A stretch of 64,000 nt of DNA from a virus. Location: IMG/VR virus record IMGVR_UViG_3300037606_000123, positions 32,001-96,000 of that record. One strand, 5' to 3'. Position 1 is the first letter of the stretch; each line of letters opens with the position of its first letter. This document shows, piece after piece, positions 30,893 to 38,732 of the stretch. Made by a program: the position numbers and the translations under genes. Below the pieces are notes generated by a model that did not search any database, was not told the DNA's origin, and saw nothing but the letters and a program-made list of their open reading frames with translations.

Positions 30893-31648
30893 ATGATAAC
30901 AAATATTAATGAGTTTAAAGTATACTTAAATGAAAATGTTGATATGTCAACATTTTCAATCATACAAAGAAGTGATGGAATAATATCTAAATATGGTCAA
31001 GAAAATAATTTAGATATAGATGATTGTATTGAAAATTTAATATATTATAATATTATATCTGATAATTATACAGAAGACGAATTACGTATATTATTAAATA
31101 ATTTAAAATTAAATCAAACACACACATTTGGTTCTAGATGGACACAAACAGAAGTCACAAAAACACATTCTAATGATACATTATTAGAAAATGTACGTAT
31201 TCCACAAGAAGTTGAATTAAAGTTTGGTGTGAAGTATAAAAACATCAATTGGAATGATTTAAATCTTATTAATGTTGGTGTCTATGGTGATACTGTATTT
31301 TACGGTATTCAAATACCAGGGGAGAATAATAAATACAATAAAGGAATTATTGTTGATCTTAAAAATGAAGATGAATTAAATCGTATTGATATAATGATGG
31401 ATTTTAATTTACAAGGTTTAGGATTAGGATATAAAATTTATAAAAAAATTATAGAACAAACTGGACACATTTATTCATTATTTAATAAAAGAGTTAATGA
31501 TGATGCTATTCCTAAAATTTGGGAAAAATTAAAAAACGATTCTGATATTGAAGTACATTCAAACAAAGATGGTGAAATAGCAATTTGGAAAAACATGAAT
31601 GATAATGAATTAAAAAATAATTTAATTTCTAAAATAAATAACAAATAA
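30893..31648 (+). CDS. Putative internal head protein with GNAT-like segment
   Basis: N-terminal MITNINEFKVYLNE; LQGLGLGYKIY. Confidence 0.65.
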   Translation: MITNINEFKVYLNENVDMSTFSIIQRSDGIISKYGQENNLDIDDCIENLIYYNIISDNYTEDELRILLNNLKLNQTHTFGSRWTQTEVTKTHSNDTLLENVRIPQEVELKFGVKYKNINWNDLNLINVGVYGDTVFYGIQIPGENNKYNKGIIVDLKNEDELNRIDIMMDFNLQGLGLGYKIYKKIIEQTGHIYSLFNKRVNDDAIPKIWEKLKNDSDIEVHSNKDGEIAIWKNMNDNELKNNLISKINNK

Positions 31649-31733
31649 TTTTTATATTAAATTAATTATTAATATCTTTGTAAAGAATTTAATAAAGGAG
31701 TAAACTTTTTTAATATATAACAATATAATAAAC

Positions 31734-31811
31734 ATGAAAAGAATTTTAAACATACAAGCAGTTATAGGTCAAGCCGGGAGAAATCTACCGACTCAGAATT
31801 TGTATTGTTAA
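31734..31811 (+). promoter_or_regulatory. Leader peptide MKRILNIQAVIGQAGRNLPTQNLYC (25 aa), putative attenuator
   Basis: Read manually; GACTCAG (31790-31796) is complementary to the terminator 5' arm CTGAGTC (31840-31846). Confidence 0.75.
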
Positions 31812-31834
31812 TTTTTAAATATTTAACTACTACT

Positions 31835-31867
31835 AAAACCTGAGTCAATTTGATTCAGGTTTTTTTT
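31835..31867 (+). terminator. Attenuator terminator before tRNA-Gly/Ile/Ala
   Basis: AAAACCTGAGTC-AATTT-GATTCAGGTTTT plus further T, 9 nt before tRNA-Gly. Confidence 0.85.
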
Positions 31868-31876
31868 ATTTATAAT

Positions 31877-31947
31877 GCAAGATATAGCTTAATGATAAAG
31901 CGCCACACTTCCAATGTGGAGACGGAGTTTGATTCTCATATTTTGCT
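31877..31947 (+). tRNA. trnG: tRNA-Gly(TCC), atypical acceptor/T stems
   Basis: CCACA-CTTCCAA-TGTGG anticodon arm; GCAAGATA/TATTTTGC can form 8 bp; weak T-stem. Confidence 0.75.
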
Positions 31948-31961
31948 CTAAATTATAATAT

Positions 31962-32033
31962 GCACCATTAATTCAATGGTAGAGTAAATGTCTTATATAC
32001 ATTCGGTCATAGGTTCGATTCCTATATGGTGCA
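31962..32033 (+). tRNA. trnI: tRNA-Ile(TAT)
   Basis: GCACCAT/ATGGTGC acceptor, AATGT-CTTATAT-ACATT, ATAGG-TTCGATT-CCTAT. Confidence 0.9.
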
Positions 32034-32049
32034 CAAATAAAAAAATAAC

Positions 32050-32122
32050 GGGTTGATGTTGAAGATGGCTATCATAACGGTTTTGCAAATCGTTGTCCTG
32101 GGTTCAAGTCCCAGTCGATCCA
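32050..32122 (+). tRNA. trnA: tRNA-Ala(TGC)
   Basis: ACGGT-TTTGCAA-ATCGT; G3.U70 in GGGTTGA/TCGATCC. Confidence 0.88.
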
Positions 32123-32170
32123 AAATGTTTTTATTATTTAATATATAATAAAAACAAATATAAATTAAAC

Positions 32171-32563
32171 ATGAATCAAAGATATTTTAAAATAACAGCA
32201 AATGATGTAAATGACGCAAAACAATTAAAAACAATATTACTAACAAAAAAGTTTTATCCAGAAACAACATCAACACCACCATTACCAGCAACAGTAACTG
32301 GAGGGTTTGATTACAGAAAATTGTTTCTTGTTATAGAAATTCAAAATGATGGTATTATTGTATTGACTAGATCAGAATATACTGTTGCACAATTTAATGT
32401 AAATGTAATACCAACATTAGATTGGACAACAAGATATAATTTATCTTTAGCACCAACAATTACATCATTACCAGAATATACAGAATATCGTAATGGTAAA
32501 AATACAACAACTTCAATACATGCGTTTTTAAACTATGATTACACTTTAACAAATAATAAATAA
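32171..32563 (+). CDS. Hypothetical protein (start revised to MNQRYF)
   Basis: The track start overlaps tRNA-Ala; ATG at 32171 has an A-rich context. Confidence 0.65.
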   Translation: MNQRYFKITANDVNDAKQLKTILLTKKFYPETTSTPPLPATVTGGFDYRKLFLVIEIQNDGIIVLTRSEYTVAQFNVNVIPTLDWTTRYNLSLAPTITSLPEYTEYRNGKNTTTSIHAFLNYDYTLTNNK

Positions 32564-32568
32564 TTAAA

Positions 32569-32625
32569 ATGAAAAAAACAAATAAATACCAGCAAAATAA
32601 CTTACAACAATTATATAATTGTTGA
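32569..32625 (+). promoter_or_regulatory. Gln-rich leader peptide MKKTNKYQQNNLQQLYNC (18 aa), putative attenuator
   Basis: CAG CAA..CAA CAA codons; TTGACAGA (32622-32629) is complementary to TCTGTTAA (32658-32665). Confidence 0.82.
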
Positions 32626-32652
32626 CAGAAATTGTATTATTAAAATTTTTAC

Positions 32653-32686
32653 AAAAGTCTGTTAATATTAATTAACAGACTTTTTT
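32653..32686 (+). terminator. Attenuator terminator directly before tRNA-Gln
   Basis: AAAAGTCTGTTAAT-ATTA-ATTAACAGACTTTTTT. Confidence 0.88.
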
Positions 32687-32688
32687 AT

Positions 32689-32760
32689 TGTCCTATAGTG
32701 AAATTGGCATCACACGTCCCTTTGAAGGATGTATTTCAGGTTCGAATCCTGATTGGACAA
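32689..32760 (+). tRNA. trnQ: tRNA-Gln(TTG)
   Basis: TGTCCTA/TTGGACA, CGTCC-CTTTGAA-GGATG, TCAGG-TTCGAAT-CCTGA. Confidence 0.92.
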
Positions 32761-32784
32761 CAACAAAAACACTAAAACACTAAA

Positions 32785-33081
32785 ATGAAATTAATTAAAA
32801 CAAATAAAAATAATAATTTATATGAAATTGTATATTATTATATTCTAAGAAAAAATATTTATATTTTTACAGATAAACCAAATGATTTAATGATAATGCG
32901 AAAACATAAAGTAAGTTGTAATTATGATGAATTATCTTCATTATATACATTAACTAGTTTTGATAGTAGTAATAATTTAATAATCATAGACACAAATTTA
33001 ATTGATGCTATAGATAGATATAAAGAAGCATTTAGATTATCATTAAGTATTAAAAATATTTATAGTATAAAAACACAATAA
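32785..33081 (+). CDS. Hypothetical protein
   Basis: Intact ORF after tRNA-Gln. Confidence 0.55.
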   Translation: MKLIKTNKNNNLYEIVYYYILRKNIYIFTDKPNDLMIMRKHKVSCNYDELSSLYTLTSFDSSNNLIIIDTNLIDAIDRYKEAFRLSLSIKNIYSIKTQ

Positions 33082-33133
33082 TTTTTTATTATTCATATTA
33101 TAACCATATTATTGTATAAATAAAAAAATTATT

Positions 33134-33571
33134 ATGTTTGAATCAGAAATGTTTAAAAGTATATTAAAAAATATACCTAATATTATTGCAGAAGAAATAA
33201 AAAAAATAGATATTGAAGTTGAATTAAATAAATTAAAAGATTTATATAATTCAACAACAAAAGAAACTTCGAAAGAAGAACCAAAAGAAACATCTAAAAC
33301 AGAAGAAAAAACAAATGTAATTGTTACTGAACCTGATGATTTAGGTAAATATGAAATTATATGTGAAATGCCTGGTATTTCTAAAAAAAATATAAGTGTT
33401 CAATTGAATAAAGGTGTTTTAAGTATTGATGCAGAACAAAACATTAAAAAATTCAATTATGAATTTATTGTTAATGATAATAAAATTTTACATGTTGAAT
33501 TAAAATTAGGTATTTTAACAATTAAACTTCAAGAAATGTGTGCTACAATTGTTAATGTTGTAATTAATTAA
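33134..33571 (+). CDS. Small heat-shock protein (Hsp20-like)
   Basis: EMPGISKKNISVQL..GVLSI and LKLGILTIKL. Confidence 0.7.
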   Translation: MFESEMFKSILKNIPNIIAEEIKKIDIEVELNKLKDLYNSTTKETSKEEPKETSKTEEKTNVIVTEPDDLGKYEIICEMPGISKKNISVQLNKGVLSIDAEQNIKKFNYEFIVNDNKILHVELKLGILTIKLQEMCATIVNVVIN

Positions 33572-33578
33572 TTAATTA

Positions 33579-34133
33579 ATGAAAAAATTTGTTATTTTTG
33601 ATTTAGAAGCTACATGTTATGATAATCGTACAGATGAAAAAAAACCTGATGATTTTGTAAATGAAATTATAGAAATTGGTGCCGTTAAACTAGATGTGAC
33701 AGGAAAAGAAATTGATCGGTTTAGTAAATTTGCACAACCTACATCATTTCCAACACTTTCTAAATTCTGTACAGAATTAACAACCATAACACAAGAAGAT
33801 ATTGATGGTGCTGATAATTTAAAATTTATATTACAAGAATTTATGAATTGGTGTCATAATTGTACATTAATTAGTTGGGGACATTATGATAAAAAACAAT
33901 TATCGAATGACCTTCTTAGTAACGGTTTGAAATATTATTTAGATCATTTAGATGATCATCATTCTTTAAAGCATTTACATGCTAAATGGAATAATTTAAA
34001 ACAAAAGAGTGGTATTGGTATGTCAAAAGCATTACAAATGGAAGGGTTTAAATTAGATGGAACACACCATAGAGGTATTGATGATGCAATAAACATCACA
34101 AAAATTTTTAAAAAATATATACACAAATTTTAA
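33579..34133 (+). CDS. DEDDh 3'-5' exonuclease (ERI-1/KapD-like)
   Basis: IFDLEATC, EIIEIGAV, SWGHYD, HHRGIDDA. Confidence 0.88.
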   Translation: MKKFVIFDLEATCYDNRTDEKKPDDFVNEIIEIGAVKLDVTGKEIDRFSKFAQPTSFPTLSKFCTELTTITQEDIDGADNLKFILQEFMNWCHNCTLISWGHYDKKQLSNDLLSNGLKYYLDHLDDHHSLKHLHAKWNNLKQKSGIGMSKALQMEGFKLDGTHHRGIDDAINITKIFKKYIHKF

Positions 34134-34146
34134 ATTACTATAAATA

Positions 34147-35007
34147 TTGAATAGTATGGAAAATATAACATGTTTAAAACATAAACCCTATGATAATTTT
34201 AAGGTGTACCATCCAGATGGCACATTAATGTTTTTTTGTTCACATAGAAAAGTTAATTGGTATGTTAAAAATAATTTAGGTATTTTTTTAAATGATAAAG
34301 AATTAAAATTAACTTTTATACCTGGTGGATATGGTGATCCAATATCAATATTAAAAGGTAGAAGTAATGCTTGTGTTGTTAATAATTCAATTAACGATTT
34401 AACTAAACACCACGTTGTTCCTACACAATTTAGAAAACATTTCAAATTAAAATATAAAGATAAAAATTCATTTGATTTATGTGTTTTAAATAGAAAAATA
34501 CATGATGAATATGAATTACATGCAAATGAATTTAAAGATATATTATTAACTGATATTATTAATATTGATGATATTGATATTAATATATCATGGTATACAG
34601 CAAAAACAATTTATAATACAATAATAAAACATTTTGATAAAATTCCACCGTCAAAACAAGTATATTTACAATTGAAATTTGATGGTTTATGTGATAAATA
34701 TAACTTTGATATTGATAAATTTAAAAATGAATTTTCTCCATATAGTACAAATAATAATAAAAAAATAATAAAACAAGTAGGGACAGAAAATTTAATTGTA
34801 CTTTGGAAATTACATTTTTTAAAATATGCTCAACCTAAATTTTTACCGGATTGGTGGAAACCTAATTTATTAAAAATTATTAATAGAACAACCAGTAAAA
34901 ATATATGTAAAACAGAATTAAAAGAAATTGACATGGTAAAAAATAAAAAATTATTTAAATTAATATTAAAATATAACTTAGATGAAATCGCCAGTTTATA
35001 CATATAA
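34147..35007 (+). CDS. HNH-like nuclease resembling the EXD2 C-terminal domain
   Basis: PDGTLMFFCSHRKVNWY, NACVV, TKHHVVPTQFRKHF, HDEYE. Confidence 0.55.
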   Translation: MNSMENITCLKHKPYDNFKVYHPDGTLMFFCSHRKVNWYVKNNLGIFLNDKELKLTFIPGGYGDPISILKGRSNACVVNNSINDLTKHHVVPTQFRKHFKLKYKDKNSFDLCVLNRKIHDEYELHANEFKDILLTDIINIDDIDINISWYTAKTIYNTIIKHFDKIPPSKQVYLQLKFDGLCDKYNFDIDKFKNEFSPYSTNNNKKIIKQVGTENLIVLWKLHFLKYAQPKFLPDWWKPNLLKIINRTTSKNICKTELKEIDMVKNKKLFKLILKYNLDEIASLYI

Positions 35008-35434
35008 AAAAGCAAATTACACGTACAATATACATGATACTTATACAGCAGGTATTATGTTAGAGGGGTGGGAAGTTAAAGCATTAGATTATCATAATGG
35101 TGATATTAATGTTAGTTATTGTACATTTAAAGGTAAAAACTTTATTTTATGTAATTGTATTATAAAACCAGATATTAAGCATGTGATTGATATTAAAACT
35201 ATTTCAGATAAACAAGTACAAGAAAGAAAATTATTATTAAATAAATCTGAAATTATAAAAATTAAATCTAAAATACAAATAAAAGGTTATACATGTATAC
35301 CATTAAAATTATATAGAAACAATAATGGGTTATGGAAATTAGATATTGCTTTAGTTACTGGAAAATCTAATTATGATAAAAGAAACACATTAAAAGAAAA
35401 AGATATTAAAAGAGATATAGATCGTAACATTTAA
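34982..35434 (+). CDS. smpB: SsrA-binding protein SmpB
   Basis: KKANYTY, TAGIMLEGWEVK, RKLLLNKSEI, GYTCIPLKLY, GKSNYDKR. Confidence 0.93.
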   Translation: MKSPVYTYKKANYTYNIHDTYTAGIMLEGWEVKALDYHNGDINVSYCTFKGKNFILCNCIIKPDIKHVIDIKTISDKQVQERKLLLNKSEIIKIKSKIQIKGYTCIPLKLYRNNNGLWKLDIALVTGKSNYDKRNTLKEKDIKRDIDRNI

Positions 35435-35463
35435 ACATTCAATTATTTTTTTGTATATATTTT

Positions 35464-36051
35464 ATGAAAGAATTAATTTTAAACGCTATCAATTTTTTAA
35501 ATATTAGTAACCCTAGTAATTTTTTACCATATCACAATATAGATCATTTATGGATGGTTTATAATTATTGTCAAAAAATTACTGATATGATTAATAATTC
35601 AGATGTAAAAGAAACTGAGTTATTTATTGCTGCGTTATTTCATGATTATAATCATAGTGGTGGAAAATTGACAGATAATTTTAATATAGATAATGCTATA
35701 GAGGGCGTTACATTATTTCATAAAGCACATCCCGAATTTGATTTGAATTATGTTTCTTATTTAATTAAATGTACAGAATATCCATATTCTGTGTTAGATA
35801 TAGATTTAACAATAGAAGCTAAAATTTTAAGGGATGCTGATTTGTCATATGTTTTTGAATATATAAGTATAGTAAAATTATATTGTGGTTTAAGAAAAGA
35901 ATTTAATCAAACGTTAATATTATTTTTAAATAATCAATTTAATTTTTTAAGTAATATTAATTTTTATATTCCGGAATTCCAAAATTTATGGAAAGGTGGA
36001 ATACAAGAACTAAGATTACTAGAATTAGAAGAATTAAAAGCACATGTATAA
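35464..36051 (+). CDS. HD-domain phosphohydrolase
   Basis: PYHNIDH, AALFHDYNH, ILRDADL. Confidence 0.8.
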   Translation: MKELILNAINFLNISNPSNFLPYHNIDHLWMVYNYCQKITDMINNSDVKETELFIAALFHDYNHSGGKLTDNFNIDNAIEGVTLFHKAHPEFDLNYVSYLIKCTEYPYSVLDIDLTIEAKILRDADLSYVFEYISIVKLYCGLRKEFNQTLILFLNNQFNFLSNINFYIPEFQNLWKGGIQELRLLELEELKAHV

Positions 36052-36376
36052 TTTATATTTAATTTATGCAGAGATTGAATCTATAGGACAATGGAAAGTG
36101 GGTTTATCTAAGCATCCAAATAAACGTATAAATGAACTACGAACAGCTAATCCAAATATAGTTGGTATTTCAGCTTTATATGAAATATATGAACGTGATG
36201 TTGCATATAAAACAGAAGCACTATTAAAAAAATTTTTGTTACCATTTAAAATTGCTGGTGAATGGGTTAATATAATGGCATTAAGTCCATTATTATTTTT
36301 AGAATACTGTGAAAAATATGAACAAATAGCAAAAACATTAATACAAATAAAAAAAAATAAAAAATACATTTATTAA
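36044..36376 (+). CDS. GIY-YIG-like (T5orf172-type) nuclease
   Basis: LYLI..WKVGLSKHPNKRINEL, E..LK, GEW. Confidence 0.7.
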   Translation: MYNLYLIYAEIESIGQWKVGLSKHPNKRINELRTANPNIVGISALYEIYERDVAYKTEALLKKFLLPFKIAGEWVNIMALSPLLFLEYCEKYEQIAKTLIQIKKNKKYIY

Positions 36377-36380
36377 AAAT

Positions 36381-36878
36381 ATGGAAATAAAATTAAAACC
36401 AACTGATATAATAGAAAGATTTCTATGGGATAAATATGAATATTTTTGTTTAGAAGAAAAATCTAATTTAGAAATAGCAAATATTATTAAATTGAATGAA
36501 GAATTTATTATATCAGAAAATGATGCATTTGTTATTGGTTTAATAAATGTTATTTATACACCAGAAGTTATTTATAAATTTAAACAATTTTTATTAGGTT
36601 TATTATCTAATAAGAGTTTTGAATTTGAAGATACAGCTGATAATAGAAAAAAATTATTTATTAATCCACAATTATTTGTACAATCTATAAATACATTTAA
36701 AAACAAAATACCAAAAAATTGGACATCAACTGATATTGAATTTAATAATTTATGTTTACAATTACCAGAAAAATATACACAATTTATTGAAAATTTAGAA
36801 AAATTAGATATATTATTAATACAAGATTTTCCGTGTGTAAAATGCGCACAAGTAAAAAAAATTATAAATAGATTATAA
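36381..36878 (+). CDS. Hypothetical protein
   Basis: Intact ORF followed by a palindromic terminator at 36881-36908. Confidence 0.65.
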   Translation: MEIKLKPTDIIERFLWDKYEYFCLEEKSNLEIANIIKLNEEFIISENDAFVIGLINVIYTPEVIYKFKQFLLGLLSNKSFEFEDTADNRKKLFINPQLFVQSINTFKNKIPKNWTSTDIEFNNLCLQLPEKYTQFIENLEKLDILLIQDFPCVKCAQVKKIINRL

Positions 36879-36947
36879 ATAAAAAGAAGAGTTTAAACTC
36901 TTCTTTTTAGTTTATAAAACTTTTTTAAAAATATTCATATAAATAGT

Positions 36948-37181
36948 ATGTATGTTGAAATAGTTGAAATTTTAGGTGATGTTGAAATAGTTGAAAATAA
37001 AATAGGTAAAGCTATTTTATTTAGTATTATGGATAATGAATACAATTTTAATTGTATTTTATATATTGGACAAATGTTACCTTTTGTTACATTGCATGAT
37101 AATGATAAAAAATATAATGATAATGATATTTTAAATTTAATTTTAAACAAGTATAAACTAGAAGAATTAAAAAAATTATGA
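36948..37181 (+). CDS. Hypothetical protein
   Basis: ATGA overlap with the next gene. Confidence 0.55.
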   Translation: MYVEIVEILGDVEIVENKIGKAILFSIMDNEYNFNCILYIGQMLPFVTLHDNDKKYNDNDILNLILNKYKLEELKKL

Positions 37182-37477
37182 TAATAAAAGAATGGTGGTT
37201 TAAAAATTACAAATCGTATGGAAATGTAACACAAAGAATAAAATTAAATGATGAAGGTGAACTAATATTATTAGTTGGTGCTAACGGTAACGGTAAATGT
37301 GTCGAAAAAAATACAGCAATAGATATACATATTGTTGATTTAGTATTGACAATAGAATTAATTAATTATTTGGAGACAACGGATAAGGGAAATAAAATAT
37401 TACAATATATAAAAGAAACTAATAATATTTTATATGACCGAATATACCAATTTAAGAAGAAAGAACTCAAAGTTTAA
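37178..37477 (+). CDS. sbcC: gp46/SbcC (Rad50-like) ATPase N-fragment fused to split-intein N part
   Basis: FKNYKSYG, Walker A GANGNGK then CVEKNT (intein block A, Cys at 37298). Confidence 0.8.
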   Translation: MIIKEWWFKNYKSYGNVTQRIKLNDEGELILLVGANGNGKCVEKNTAIDIHIVDLVLTIELINYLETTDKGNKILQYIKETNNILYDRIYQFKKKELKV

Positions 37478-38732
37478 ATATTTAAAAAAATTCTTTGAAT
37501 TCTTTAAAGACTATGAAAATTTAATAGTATCATATGAAATATTATTAAATGATGTTAATATTACATTATTAAATTTTCAGAAAAACATTTTAAAAAAATA
37601 TAATATGGTTGCATGTGGTAAACCAACTAAATTATTTTGGTTACAACGTGGATATACGTTAGATGAATCTATTGTGCGTTGTAATGAGTATAAAGTTGTA
37701 AAAGATAAAACAAAATCACCAATGAATATTAATTTTTGGTTGAATAAAGGATTTAGCGAAGAAGATGCTAAATTTAAAATAAAATCACAAAGAAAATTAA
37801 ATATTGAATATTGGTTGAATAAAGGATTTAGTGAAGAAGATGCAAAGTTGTATGTAAGAGAATTTCAACTAGAACAAAATAATAAATATGTAAAGAAAAG
37901 AAAAAATAATCCAGATAAATATAATGCAGTTTCTGAAACACAATTAAAATATTGGTTGAATAAAGGATTTAGTGAAGAAGAAGGAAAAATTAAATTAAAA
38001 GAACGACAAAGAACATTTAGTAAAGATATATGTATTAAAAAATATGGTGATGAATTAGGTTTAATTAAATGGAAAGAACGACAAGATAAATGGATAAATT
38101 CTTTAATATTGTCTGATTATGATTTATCATCAAAAAAATCAGTTACAACTAAATATAAAATAAATAACTATAATATTGATAAATTAATAGATTCATATAC
38201 ATTAATAAATAAAGAATTATTTAAAGAATTATTTAAAAAATGTAAAAATATAGAAGAATTTGTAACCGATTATTCAAATCATTTTAATAATAATAATTTA
38301 GATGAAATTTCTTTATATAATATAATTAAACCAATACAAAATTTAACTATATTATCAACATATTATAATACAGACAATAAACATATATTATCATTAATAA
38401 TACCAAAAATTACTAGAATAAAAAGCAGATATTCATATATTTCTTGGTTTAATGGACATATTTGTAGAAGTGATAGTGAATATATTATTGCAAATTATTT
38501 ATTTAAAAACAATATAAATTATGTATATGAAAAATATTATAAAAATTCTAATAAAAGATGTGATTTTTATTTAACTGATTATAATTTATATGTAGAATTT
38601 TTTGGAATGACACATTCATATAAAACAAAAATTGATTTTTTGAATATAAATAATATTAATTATTTATCTGATAGAAATCGAAAAAAATTAATAGAAAAAA
38701 TTGATAATTATGTTAACAATACAAATAAATGA
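37434..38732 (+). CDS. Free-standing endonuclease inside the fractured intein
   Basis: (Y/F)WLNKGFSEE repeats; C-terminal RSDSEYIIANYL..CDFYL..YVEFFG nuclease motif. Confidence 0.7.
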   Translation: MTEYTNLRRKNSKFKYLKKFFEFFKDYENLIVSYEILLNDVNITLLNFQKNILKKYNMVACGKPTKLFWLQRGYTLDESIVRCNEYKVVKDKTKSPMNINFWLNKGFSEEDAKFKIKSQRKLNIEYWLNKGFSEEDAKLYVREFQLEQNNKYVKKRKNNPDKYNAVSETQLKYWLNKGFSEEEGKIKLKERQRTFSKDICIKKYGDELGLIKWKERQDKWINSLILSDYDLSSKKSVTTKYKINNYNIDKLIDSYTLINKELFKELFKKCKNIEEFVTDYSNHFNNNNLDEISLYNIIKPIQNLTILSTYYNTDNKHILSLIIPKITRIKSRYSYISWFNGHICRSDSEYIIANYLFKNNINYVYEKYYKNSNKRCDFYLTDYNLYVEFFGMTHSYKTKIDFLNINNINYLSDRNRKKLIEKIDNYVNNTNK

